Assembly (NCBI GenBank): GCA_963771465.1
Contig: CAVYTU010000014.1
Location: 1,024,001-1,088,000, forward strand
Direction of reading: 5' to 3'
Origin: an uncultured delta proteobacterium
GTDB taxonomy: Bacteria; Desulfobacterota; Binatia; UBA9968
DNA: 64,000 nt
Under the pieces are notes generated by a model that saw only the letters and a list, made by a program, of their open reading frames with translations, was not told the origin of the DNA and did not search any database. Below are positions 47,270 to 56,846 of this stretch, piece after piece; the first letter of the stretch is position 1, and each line of letters opens with the position of its first letter. The position numbers were made by a program, and so were the translations under genes.

Positions 47270-50200
47270 ACATCTCCGGGCTGTTTATACGCCGTCCGGT
47301 AACCACCACGCTGATAATGATCGGGATTCTGATCTTCGGTGCCTTGGGGTACAAGTCGCTGCCGGTAAGCGACCTTCCCACGGTGGATTTTCCAACCATT
47401 ACCGTCAACGCAAACCTGGCTGGGGCGAGCGCCGAAACGATGGCGTCGTCAGTGGCGACGCCGCTTGAGAAAAACTTCTCGACCATTGCCGGCCTCGATT
47501 CCATGAGTTCGACAAGCAGTTTAGGGCGGACGCAAATTACTCTGCAGTTTAGTTTGAGCCGAAACGTCGATGCCGCGGCTCAAGACGTTCAGGCGATGAT
47601 CGCCCGATCGGCTCGCGACCTGCCGCCAAGCATGACAACTCCGCCATCCTATCGGAAGGTCAATCCGGCGAACAATTCCATCCTGCTATTGGCGTTGACG
47701 TCGCCAACACTTCCGTTGTCGACCATCGATGAATTTGCCCAGACCATCTTAGCGCAGCGGATCTCGATGGTGAGCGGCGTCGCCCAGGTCGATGTCAACG
47801 GCTCGCAAAAATTCGCGGTACGGATCCAGCTCGATCCCAATCAGTTGGCGGCCCGGCAGGTCGGCATCGACGATGTGGTCGCCGCAGTGCTACGCGGCAA
47901 TGTGGACCTGCCCGTGGGGACATTGAATGCCCCCACCCGTGCTTACACTTTAGTTTCAGAATCGCAGCTGACGAACGCGGAAGCCTATCGCCCGATGGTC
48001 GTCACCTATCGCAACGGCGCGGCGGTGCGTATTCAAGACATCGGCACGGCGATCGATAGTGTAGAAAACACCAGAGTCGCGGCGTGGTTCAAGGATAAAA
48101 GGGCCGTCATCCTCGGAATCCAGCGGCAACCGGGCGCCAACGTCGTCGAAGTCGTCGATGCCGTCAAGGATATTCTCCCGGGTTTGCGTGCGCAAATTCC
48201 CCAGTCGATCAAGTTGGAGGTCTTTTTTGACCGCACCCAGTCGATTCGGGAATCGGTGCATGACGTGCAATTGACCATGATCGGAACGGTCGTGTTGGTC
48301 ATCCTGGTGATCTTTCTGTTCTTGCGTAACGTGTCCGCCACGATCATTCCCAGCTTGGCTCTTCCTATGTCGATCATTGGCACGTTTGCTGTGATGACTC
48401 TGCTCGATTATAGCCTGGACAACCTGTCGCTGATGGCACTGACGTTGGCAGTGGGTTTCGTCGTGGACGACGCCATCGTCGTGCTCGAAAACATCGTCCG
48501 CCATATGGAGCTGGGAGAGAAACCCTACGATGCCGCGGTCAAAGGCGCTCAGGAAATCGGTTTTACAATCGTCACGATGACGATCTCTCTGGTAAGCGTT
48601 TTTATCCCGGTGCTGTTCATGAGCGGCATGCTTGGACGAATTTTGCGGGAATTTTCCGTCACTATCTGCGTGGCGATTCTGGTTTCGGGGTTTATCTCGT
48701 TAAGTCTCACGCCCATGCTTGCCAGCCGCTACCTGCGTCCGCCCCACGACCAGAAGCACGGCCGGTTTTATCATTTCCTTGGCCGTTGTTTAGACGCGAT
48801 GAACAAAGGCTATGGAGGCTCGCTTGCCTGGGTGATGCGCCACCACGTCACGACCATGGTGACCTCATTCCTGGTATTAGTCGCGACTATCTTTATGTTT
48901 GGCTTAGTGCCCAAAGGCTTTATTCCGAGCGAGGATACCGGCCAGGTCATAATCAACTCCGAAGGCTCGCAAGGGGTTGCCTTTGAGCAAATGGTGCAGT
49001 ACCAGCAGCAGCTGGCCGCCATCGTCGCAAATAATCCCAACGTCGAGGCTTACTTCTCGAGCGTCGGAGTTGGTGGTGCAGGCTTGACCGGCAACACTGG
49101 CCGCATCTTCATGAAACTCAAGCCGCGCTCAGAGCGACCAGTGGTCTGCTCCGAGGGCTCTTGGATCAAATCCTGTCAGCCTCTCAACGCAGATCAGCTG
49201 ATTCGAGAATTACGTCCTAAGCTGGCAAGTGTCCCGGGTATTCGCGTTTCCTTGCAGAACCCGCCGGTGATCCGTGTCGGCGGACGACTCAGCCGCAGTC
49301 TTTACCAGTTTACCTTGCAAAGTCCGGACGCAGCGGAACTTTACCGTAACGCCGCATTATTCGAAGAGAGAATCAAAGCGCTGCCAGATTTTCGTGACGT
49401 CGGCAGCGATTTGCAGTTGAAAAATCCTCAATTGCAGGTCGTGATTGACCGCGACAAGATGGCCACCATGGGAATCACGGCTCAAGGCATATCGCCGCGG
49501 CAGGTCGAAGAGGCTTTCTGGAACTCTTATGCGACGCGGCAAATTTCGACGATCAATACACCCAACAATCAATACCAGGTGATTTTGGAGCTGGATCCCA
49601 AGTTTCAAAACGACCCGTCGGCGCTATCGATGCTCTATATACGCTCCACAAGTGGTCAAGCTGCGACGGCCCAGCCGATGGTGCCGTTGGGGAGTCTAGC
49701 GACTCTCAAGTATACTGCCGGACCGCTAACGGTTAATCACTCGGGCCAGCTTCCTTCGGTAACGTTATCTTTCAATTTGCGCGAGGGAGTGTCGTTAGGA
49801 GCTGGGGTGGAGACGATAAACAAGTTGGCACGCGATACCTTGCCAGGCACCATCAGCACGAATTTCCAAGGCACAGCTCAGGAATTTCAATCGTCCCTCA
49901 AGAGTTTATGGGTTCTCTTGGCCCTCGCGGTGGTCGTTGTGTATCTGGTCCTCGGTATTCTGTATGAGAGCTTTATCCATCCGCTGACCATTCTTTCCGG
50001 CCTTCCGTCCGCTGGTCTAGGGGCGCTCATCGCTCTTTACATCTTTGGCATGGACCTGAGCATTTATTCCTTCGTCGGTTTGATCATGCTGATCGGTATC
50101 GTCAAGAAAAACGCCATCATGATGATCGACTTTGCCCTCGATCGGCAACGAAATGAAGGCAAGACCCCGGCGGAGGCGATTTACGAAGGCGCTCTGGTAC

Positions 50201-50481
50201 GCTTTCGGCCGATTATGATGACGACGATGGCGGCGATCATGGGCGCAGTGCCGATCGCCATCGGTTGGGGCGCCGGCGCCGAAGCGCGCCAGCCATTAGG
50301 CGTCGCGGTTGTCGGCGGACTGATCATTTCGCAACTCTTGACGCTGTATATCACCCCGGTGGTTTATCTCTATCTTGAGAAGAGCCAGGGATTGTTAGTT
50401 GGACTATCGACAAGAATGCACGGTAAGACGACGGCAGAACCGGCGCCTTTGGGCATCGAAAATCCCTCGCCACACAACTGA
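47266..50481 (+). CDS. RND efflux permease (MdtB/MdtC-like)
   Basis: FIRRPV.T, GFVVDDAIV.LENI, LSLTPM, GIVKKNAIMMIDFA, RFRPIMMTT. Confidence 0.95.
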   Translation: MNISGLFIRRPVTTTLIMIGILIFGALGYKSLPVSDLPTVDFPTITVNANLAGASAETMASSVATPLEKNFSTIAGLDSMSSTSSLGRTQITLQFSLSRNVDAAAQDVQAMIARSARDLPPSMTTPPSYRKVNPANNSILLLALTSPTLPLSTIDEFAQTILAQRISMVSGVAQVDVNGSQKFAVRIQLDPNQLAARQVGIDDVVAAVLRGNVDLPVGTLNAPTRAYTLVSESQLTNAEAYRPMVVTYRNGAAVRIQDIGTAIDSVENTRVAAWFKDKRAVILGIQRQPGANVVEVVDAVKDILPGLRAQIPQSIKLEVFFDRTQSIRESVHDVQLTMIGTVVLVILVIFLFLRNVSATIIPSLALPMSIIGTFAVMTLLDYSLDNLSLMALTLAVGFVVDDAIVVLENIVRHMELGEKPYDAAVKGAQEIGFTIVTMTISLVSVFIPVLFMSGMLGRILREFSVTICVAILVSGFISLSLTPMLASRYLRPPHDQKHGRFYHFLGRCLDAMNKGYGGSLAWVMRHHVTTMVTSFLVLVATIFMFGLVPKGFIPSEDTGQVIINSEGSQGVAFEQMVQYQQQLAAIVANNPNVEAYFSSVGVGGAGLTGNTGRIFMKLKPRSERPVVCSEGSWIKSCQPLNADQLIRELRPKLASVPGIRVSLQNPPVIRVGGRLSRSLYQFTLQSPDAAELYRNAALFEERIKALPDFRDVGSDLQLKNPQLQVVIDRDKMATMGITAQGISPRQVEEAFWNSYATRQISTINTPNNQYQVILELDPKFQNDPSALSMLYIRSTSGQAATAQPMVPLGSLATLKYTAGPLTVNHSGQLPSVTLSFNLREGVSLGAGVETINKLARDTLPGTISTNFQGTAQEFQSSLKSLWVLLALAVVVVYLVLGILYESFIHPLTILSGLPSAGLGALIALYIFGMDLSIYSFVGLIMLIGIVKKNAIMMIDFALDRQRNEGKTPAEAIYEGALVRFRPIMMTTMAAIMGAVPIAIGWGAGAEARQPLGVAVVGGLIISQLLTLYITPVVYLYLEKSQGLLVGLSTRMHGKTTAEPAPLGIENPSPHN

Positions 50482-50519
50482 CCTAAAGCTCTGCGCTCGC
50501 GTGGCGCATGAATAACCCG

Positions 50520-50559
50520 AATTCGGGCTGCCGCTTCACGTGGTAGCCCGAATTTTTTT
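50520..50559 (+). terminator. Rho-independent terminator
   Basis: AATTCGGGCTGCC / GGTAGCCCGAATT stem followed by a T run. Confidence 0.8.
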
Positions 50560-50698
50560 GTCTGCGGCTAAGTTGGGTTAGAAGAGTAAAGTCGCACATC
50601 GAAATGAGATTCGGCTTCGGCGTATTAACCGCAAAGATCATAAGCTAAGCAAAGAGGAATCGAACTGCTAAGGGCAATCGCAGTGTTGCCGGTTCGTT

Positions 50699-51850
50699 TT
50701 GAGGCTTCGGCGCATAATGCACACACGTTGGGAGGTCGTTGCTGTTCTAGCGTTGACTGTTTCTCTTGTCTGGCTCGGAGCCGGCGGGCGTTGGCCGGAC
50801 TGGTTGGGTGGTGAGCAAGAAATTCCAGTGAAAGTCGTGCGCGTAGACAAGCGCGCAACGCCGGTTACTCTACATGTCAGTGGCACCTTAGTGCCGACTG
50901 GCGAGACGGCGGTTGTCTCCCGGTTAGCCGGCCGTGTGACCCAGGTGCGATTCCAAGTCGGGGAGCGCGTCATCGCGGGTGCCGTGGTTGCGACCGTCGA
51001 CGCGAATGACATCGCGCCGCGTCGAGTCGAGATCGAAAACTCCCTAGCCGCGGCGCGAAACGAATTGCAAGATAAAGGGCAAAAACTTGACGCTGCGGAA
51101 AAACTCGCGACTCGCACGCGCGAGCTATTCAAACAAGACCTGATTGCGCGGATCGAACTGGAACAAGTCGAAGCCGCCTTGCAAACCGCTCGGGCTCAAT
51201 ACGATTTGGCGCAGGCTCAGCTTTCCCAACAAGAGTCGATGCTGGCGCAGGCGCGGAAAATTCAAAGTGTGACGCAAATCACCGCGCCGGTCGCCGGCGT
51301 AATTAGCCGGCGCTGGGTCGAGCCTGGCGCGACCATCGCTCCGTCGAGCACGATTCTTTCGATTGCCAACACCGACGCGCTCAAGTTTAGCGGTCGAATG
51401 ACCGGCGAACTCCCCGTCGGCGTACGCGAAGGGCTGAGCGCTTCAATAACCAGCGCGGCGGTTGCGGCTGCAAAACTCGACGGCAAGCTAACCCGGGTGG
51501 AACGTCGCACCGAGAATGGCGCGGCGATTTCTGAGTTTGAGATTCAAATCACAAACAGCACGGCGAGTTTTCGCTCGGGAATGGCGGCCGATGCCGTGAT
51601 TGCGCTGAACCGCGAGGAAACAACTTTGCTCGTACCGCGCACCGCGGTATTCGCGAGTGGCGGCAAGGATTATTTATTTAAACTCGATGCCGGTCGTGCC
51701 ATTAGGCAAGAAATCAAACTGGGCGCGGCACAGCATGACGAGATCGCGGTCCATCAAGGGGTGAATGTAAGCGATTTAGTGATCGCCGATGACGTCAGTC
51801 GATTGAAACCGGGAAGCCGAGTTCGCGTCGCCGCTGCGGTAGATCGATAA
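50699..51850 (+). CDS. Second RND efflux periplasmic adaptor subunit
   Basis: V.SRLAGRV.....VG.RV..G, coiled coil, ITAPVAGVI, GM.A, VP..AV, L.PG.RV. Confidence 0.8.
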   Translation: MRLRRIMHTRWEVVAVLALTVSLVWLGAGGRWPDWLGGEQEIPVKVVRVDKRATPVTLHVSGTLVPTGETAVVSRLAGRVTQVRFQVGERVIAGAVVATVDANDIAPRRVEIENSLAAARNELQDKGQKLDAAEKLATRTRELFKQDLIARIELEQVEAALQTARAQYDLAQAQLSQQESMLAQARKIQSVTQITAPVAGVISRRWVEPGATIAPSSTILSIANTDALKFSGRMTGELPVGVREGLSASITSAAVAAAKLDGKLTRVERRTENGAAISEFEIQITNSTASFRSGMAADAVIALNREETTLLVPRTAVFASGGKDYLFKLDAGRAIRQEIKLGAAQHDEIAVHQGVNVSDLVIADDVSRLKPGSRVRVAAAVDR

Positions 51851-51897
51851 AGGCTATTTTATCGGCGGCCGCCGCGTTCGGGTGACGGTATTTACCT

Positions 51898-53730
51898 TTA
51901 CCAGCGAAATGGGTTGAGCACTTTGCCGACGTTCTCCATGTCCTGACGCATCTGATCGAATACGCCTTTGGGCGCTTCGTCTTGGCTCGTCGCAGACTTC
52001 TTCGTCTCGGCGAGACTTGCGGCGGAAGTTGTTGTTGAGGGCTGCACCGGCCCTTTGACCAATGAACGAGCCGGTGGCGCGCTCGCACTATCGGTGCTTT
52101 CTGGTTTCGCTTCCGGCTTTTTGGTTTCTTGCGCTGGCGTCGCGGCAGGCTGAATTTCCGTTGGGTTGAGGAATAGCGGCCCTTTTTCGAGCACCAGTTT
52201 GGGTTCCAGCTCGACGTTTCTAGACTGGGGCTTCTGCGCGGCAGCAGCTTTGATTTCTTCCGCTGACGGCGGCTTGGTAAAACCTCCCGGTTCCATTCCC
52301 TGAGCTTTGAGTTTTTGATCGATGCTGCTGAGGATACTGGAGGATGGTACTTCTTGATGCGAACCCTGCTCGGCTCTCGCAATCGCGGCTTGCGTCGCTG
52401 CGGCGTTCCTAAATGCCTCCGCCGATTCGGGTGTCGGTGGCAGCTCGGTGGAGTTTTTGCCGCTGCGTTGCAAATTGGCGTCGATCGAACTTAACAGCGC
52501 CACCGGGTCTTGAGTCGGCGCCGGGCCGGGTCCCGGCTTGGGCAGGTCGACCTCTGGTGTTTGCAGCGCCGCTTGGCGCGCCTGCGCATCGATGCCTTTT
52601 TCTTTCAGCGACTCGTCGACTTGGGCGACCACGCCGATGGCATTCTTGTCGCTCTCTTTTTTCTTTTCCTCATTTCTTCGAGCTAACATGTCGAGGCCGC
52701 TGGTCGGTTTCTTTTCTTCCTTCTTCGCGGTTTCCTGCTTCTTGTCGTCGTCAGAAGAAGAGAAAGGATTGATCTTGTCAGCGAAGCGGCGCAGAAATCC
52801 TTTTTCATCTCCCGGCTCTTCGTGCACCACGTCTTTTTTCGCCACGAGATTCAAATCTCTGAGCTTGGCCAGCGCCGGATCTTCTTTCGCCTCCGGCGCG
52901 GCAAGAGCACCCGGCCGGCGGTCGCGCATGAGTAACAACGCGAGCGGATCGCGCTTCTCTTTCTCGACGACTGCGAGCTGGGTTCTCGCTTCAGCGGCGA
53001 ATTTGCTCTGTGGATAATGTTGAATCAGCGCCTCGTAGGCGAGTGCGGCGCGCACACCGTTCTTTTCCAGGCGGTAACTCTCTCCCAGATAGAAAAGACT
53101 TTTCACCGAGGTCGGTGTGTCCTTGTATTTTCGGATGATTTCCTCAAACCGGTCCCGCGCGGCGACATATTTCTCTTGCTTGAAGTAGAATTCCGCGACG
53201 TTGAATTCATGCTCGGCGAGATACTCGACGGCTTTGGCAAGTTTCACTTGCGCTTCGGCGGCCTGCGGCGACTTTGGGTACTTGGTGACGACCGTCTCAA
53301 AATAGCCCTTGGCGATCTCGGTGGTTTTTTGGTCGCGATCGGTGGATGTGAATTGATCGAAGTGCGCTTGACCTAAACGCAGCGTGACCAGTGGCATATT
53401 CTCGTTGGTCGGATGCATCGATTGAAATTCTTTGAAGGCGTTGATCGATTCGGGATACTGCTGGTTTAAATAAAAAGCATCGGCCATTTTGAGCTCGGCT
53501 TGGGTGACCAACGGGCTGAACGGATTGTCGGTTCTGAGTTTTGAGAAGTTATCGATGGCGCGGACGTATTTCTTTTCGTTAAACGCGCGCGTGCCTTCTT
53601 CGAACAGCCCTTCCGCGGTTAGGTCGGCCTTGGGCGCAGAACTAAACCAGGGAATAGACGGTGCCGATGAAGAGCAACCGGCCGCGATGATGGCGGCCAG
53701 ACCGAGCGCCGTATGAAAAAAATGTTTCAT
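51898..53730 (-). CDS. bamD: Outer membrane protein assembly factor BamD with long C-terminal extension
   Basis: Lipobox AAGC; A.L..AD..Y, F...HP, DRDQ..T..A...F......YP.S, LA.HE..VA.FY....Y.AA..RF. Confidence 0.85.
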   Translation of the reverse strand: MKHFFHTALGLAAIIAAGCSSSAPSIPWFSSAPKADLTAEGLFEEGTRAFNEKKYVRAIDNFSKLRTDNPFSPLVTQAELKMADAFYLNQQYPESINAFKEFQSMHPTNENMPLVTLRLGQAHFDQFTSTDRDQKTTEIAKGYFETVVTKYPKSPQAAEAQVKLAKAVEYLAEHEFNVAEFYFKQEKYVAARDRFEEIIRKYKDTPTSVKSLFYLGESYRLEKNGVRAALAYEALIQHYPQSKFAAEARTQLAVVEKEKRDPLALLLMRDRRPGALAAPEAKEDPALAKLRDLNLVAKKDVVHEEPGDEKGFLRRFADKINPFSSSDDDKKQETAKKEEKKPTSGLDMLARRNEEKKKESDKNAIGVVAQVDESLKEKGIDAQARQAALQTPEVDLPKPGPGPAPTQDPVALLSSIDANLQRSGKNSTELPPTPESAEAFRNAAATQAAIARAEQGSHQEVPSSSILSSIDQKLKAQGMEPGGFTKPPSAEEIKAAAAQKPQSRNVELEPKLVLEKGPLFLNPTEIQPAATPAQETKKPEAKPESTDSASAPPARSLVKGPVQPSTTTSAASLAETKKSATSQDEAPKGVFDQMRQDMENVGKVLNPFRW

Positions 53731-53892
53731 AGCGTTCACCTCTGATTCAATAACTATCTAGGCATTTTACACAGCCATATTGCCGAGTCAATGAATATAC
53801 CGACGTTTTTACCTGGGGTGAGGCTCGCTTACGGGCGCTTTTTTCCCGATTAGCTGAAATTGTCCCTGAAGACTGATTCGCACTACGGCGAC

Positions 53893-54417
53893 CTATTGCG
53901 CCGGTAAAACGCGGAGTTTTACCGCAGTCTGGTTCGAGCGCATGACAAACGGCCACACCGGTGGGAAAGCGAGATAGGCGGTGGTTTCCAAGAACGAATA
54001 AACGGGATCGCCTGGCGGGCCTTTGTCGTCGTGGATAGTTACCGTGTATTCGCCTGGCTGCAGATTGGGAATCTGGAATTGCAGCACTTTGTCTTCGATC
54101 CATACTAGATCCTCGCCGCGAACATCTTGCCGGGCGGGATCCTTCGCCAAAAGTTTTAGCTTCGACCAATCCATCATCTCATTACTGATCTCGACTCGTG
54201 GCCAGCCGACCAGATATTCCATCGACAAACTCACAACGGTGCCGGGCCGGCCTTCCGTGGGAACCATCTGCACGACGCGGGGTGCGCAACCGGGAAAATA
54301 ACCGATAAGTAACAACAGCAGGGCGAGCCGGTTGAGCTGGTTACAAGTAAAGTATCGGGGCAGTGTATGGATCATTCCGTTTGATCCATGGATCGCACAA
54401 AAATCATTAACATCCAA
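53893..54417 (-). CDS. Hypothetical lipoprotein (Ig/IPT-like beta domain)
   Basis: Hydrophobic stretch ending FPGC; P.EG.PGT.V and F.IP.L.PG.Y.V.I patterns. Start is uncertain. Confidence 0.6.
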   Translation of the reverse strand: MDVNDFCAIHGSNGMIHTLPRYFTCNQLNRLALLLLLIGYFPGCAPRVVQMVPTEGRPGTVVSLSMEYLVGWPRVEISNEMMDWSKLKLLAKDPARQDVRGEDLVWIEDKVLQFQIPNLQPGEYTVTIHDDKGPPGDPVYSFLETTAYLAFPPVWPFVMRSNQTAVKLRVLPAQ

Positions 54418-54624
54418 GATCTACTGGTGGTCGTCGGATGTTCCATCTTTTAAACGTGCGTCACATGTCGGTTTAGTCACGGCGCGAAAGCGCCAGGGCG
54501 CGATTGCCTTCGCGGCATCAAGTTGCTAAAAGTTTGGGCGTAGTTGCATCCCGAACAAAGCACGATCAATGTCACACCAAAGCCAGCCGCTTGCATGTTC
54601 TGTCTGAATGTAAGGAATCGTCCG

Positions 54625-55239
54625 ATGAATCATCGGTTGGCCGGCGCCGCACTCCTTTTCATTGTTTCGCTTACGTCAGCCTGCAATCATTGGGTGCCGC
54701 GCTTTGGCACGGGGGGACGGTACGAAGAGGGGCGGGATCAGTTTCTGCGTGGGCGAGCGGGAGATTTGGACACGGCGATTGTTGCCTTTGAGGCCGTAGT
54801 CAGCGTCGATCCAACTTACAAGAATAGCCTTACTTACTTGGGGCGGGCCTATTACGGTAAGGGACGTTTTCAGGACGCCTACGCGATCTTGCAGCGCGCC
54901 CTCGCGATTAACCAGGATGATGAGATCGCCTGGATCGCATTGGGTCTGACTCAAATGCGGCTCGGCCAGTTGGAGAAAGGCGTTGAAACGCTCAAAGGCG
55001 GGATAACATTGGCCAGTAGAGTCATGGTCAAAGGCTATATGAACTATATCTACTGGGACACCCGCGGATTGATCCGGGCGTCGATCCGTCGTTCGGCGTT
55101 CCTACTCGCCAAGGGCACCGAGGAACGCGATAATATTGTAAGGAACACGGACCAGCTTTTGGCTCTGGTCGACGATGAAGACAATTTTCAGCGCAACACC
55201 CACATACAGAACACGCGACCGCTTTATGGCGGTAGCTGA
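54625..55239 (+). CDS. TPR-containing lipoprotein
   Basis: Lipobox TSAC; TPRs YLGRAYY..G and LGLT....G. Confidence 0.78.
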   Translation: MNHRLAGAALLFIVSLTSACNHWVPRFGTGGRYEEGRDQFLRGRAGDLDTAIVAFEAVVSVDPTYKNSLTYLGRAYYGKGRFQDAYAILQRALAINQDDEIAWIALGLTQMRLGQLEKGVETLKGGITLASRVMVKGYMNYIYWDTRGLIRASIRRSAFLLAKGTEERDNIVRNTDQLLALVDDEDNFQRNTHIQNTRPLYGGS

Positions 55240-55278
55240 CAAGTCAATTTAATTCCTCAATAGTACTCAACGGGCAAT

Positions 55279-55320
55279 TTCGTTGCTCTTGATCGTGACC
55301 GGACCCACACGAGCAACGAA
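55279..55320. terminator. Hairpin between convergent genes
   Basis: TTCGTTGCTC / GAGCAACGAA perfect 10-bp inverted repeat. Confidence 0.55.
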
Positions 55321-55328
55321 CACGCGCC

Positions 55329-55967
55329 TTAAAATGGATTGTCTCTGCCGGAGCTCTCGCGGTTGCGATCGCGGGACTCGTCGTAGCGGGCGCGGTCGAT
55401 TTCTTCCTCGATTTGTTTACCGACCCATTCGCCAGCGGCGATGAGTTTGTCCCAGTCGAAATCACGCCGGGAAATCATCGCCAGATCAGATTGAATCGCC
55501 CGGCGCAGCTCATGCGCGGGATCCCAGTACTGGCCGAAGGAAAAACGGTGTGTCTGGGCGATATATTCAATCGAATCGTGGATGCCCTTCATGCCGCTTT
55601 CAATTTCAGTTAATCCGCGTTGGCGGTCGCCGCTGCGGGCCAGGGTCAAGCCGAGGTACAAGCGCGCGGTGTCGTCATCTTTCTTGACGTTCAGGGCCTT
55701 TTCCAGAGACTCGCGCGCTTGCGGGAGTCTTCCGGTGGCATATTCGCTGCGGCCGACGTAGCCCCAGATGCCATGTTGGAGCGCCGTACCATAGACGTAA
55801 CTCGGATCCTGCTGGGCGGCGCTTTGAAAATAGCCCAAGGCTCTTTCAGGATTGCCGGCAAGCAATGCTTGTCGCCCCGTCTGAACTTCGCTGCCGATCC
55901 GAGCGCTGGCGCAAGCCGAAAAGCCGATAAGAAATGAGCAGAGAATTAGATTAGTTTTGAACTTCAC
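55329..55967 (-). CDS. TPR-containing lipoprotein (paralog of 54625-55239)
   Basis: Lipobox FSAC, GGAGG RBS, TPR motifs YVGR.EY..G and YLGLTL. Confidence 0.8.
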   Translation of the reverse strand: MKFKTNLILCSFLIGFSACASARIGSEVQTGRQALLAGNPERALGYFQSAAQQDPSYVYGTALQHGIWGYVGRSEYATGRLPQARESLEKALNVKKDDDTARLYLGLTLARSGDRQRGLTEIESGMKGIHDSIEYIAQTHRFSFGQYWDPAHELRRAIQSDLAMISRRDFDWDKLIAAGEWVGKQIEEEIDRARYDESRDRNRESSGRDNPF

Positions 55968-56051
55968 AAATCCCTCCTATTTCCGTTGCTGAGGATAGTT
56001 CTCTATATGGGGAATTTCAACCGAGCGTGCGTCAGTGAATTCAACGCTGAG

Positions 56052-56846
56052 TTAGCTGTCAAATCCAAGAATCGTAAGCCAGATTCGGACAGCAATGAGA
56101 GCGACCAGCACGGCATAGACGCGCCGAAGCAGCTCGCTAGATAGACGTCGATGAACGCGCTCTCCCGCTAGTGCGCCGAGCATGGCACCAGCGACTACGG
56201 TCCCTGCGGTAGCAAGTGGAATCTGTCCGGTGAGCAGCTTGCCGAGAAATCCGCTTGCGGTGTTCATCATCGCGATGAATAGACTGCTGCCAATAGCGAT
56301 TCGTGTCGGTACCGATAGAAGATAAATCAACACGGGCACAAAGATAAAATTACCGGCGCCGAGAAAGCCGATCACCAAGCCGGTTACGAGTGAATAGAGT
56401 GCCAGGGGTAATTGCCGCACACGAAGATTCTCAATCGTCCTTGTTTGGCTCGCTCGAGCTCGCGCCGGCAACAACATGATGAGTACGGTGATGACGGTGA
56501 CGACGCCGAAGAGCACTAGCAGGAAGCGTTCAGAAACCCATTTCGATGCGATGCTACCCGCGAATGCACTGGCAGCCGAAACGGTGCCAGCCGTTAGGGT
56601 GAGACGGCCCTGCACTTGGCCGCTACGCAGATGCGCCATACCGCCGGTGAGTGTCGAGAAAAAAACCTGGCTAGCCACGATGGCGGCGACGGTTTTAACG
56701 TCCATGGGTAGCAGGCCAAGCAGTGGCGGAACGTAAAACAGCAAGGGAAACATCAACACGCCGCCACCGAATCCCAACAACCCGGCGAAAAAACCGCCGA
56801 CAAAACCGAGGCCGATTAAAGTGGCGACGAGCGTCACGCTCATCAA
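56052..56846 (-). CDS. Sulfite exporter TauE/SafE family protein
   Basis: GFFAGLLG.GGG....P and G.LG.G.....P...AIGSS repeats; about 8 TM. Confidence 0.85.
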   Translation of the reverse strand: MMSVTLVATLIGLGFVGGFFAGLLGFGGGVLMFPLLFYVPPLLGLLPMDVKTVAAIVASQVFFSTLTGGMAHLRSGQVQGRLTLTAGTVSAASAFAGSIASKWVSERFLLVLFGVVTVITVLIMLLPARARASQTRTIENLRVRQLPLALYSLVTGLVIGFLGAGNFIFVPVLIYLLSVPTRIAIGSSLFIAMMNTASGFLGKLLTGQIPLATAGTVVAGAMLGALAGERVHRRLSSELLRRVYAVLVALIAVRIWLTILGFDS

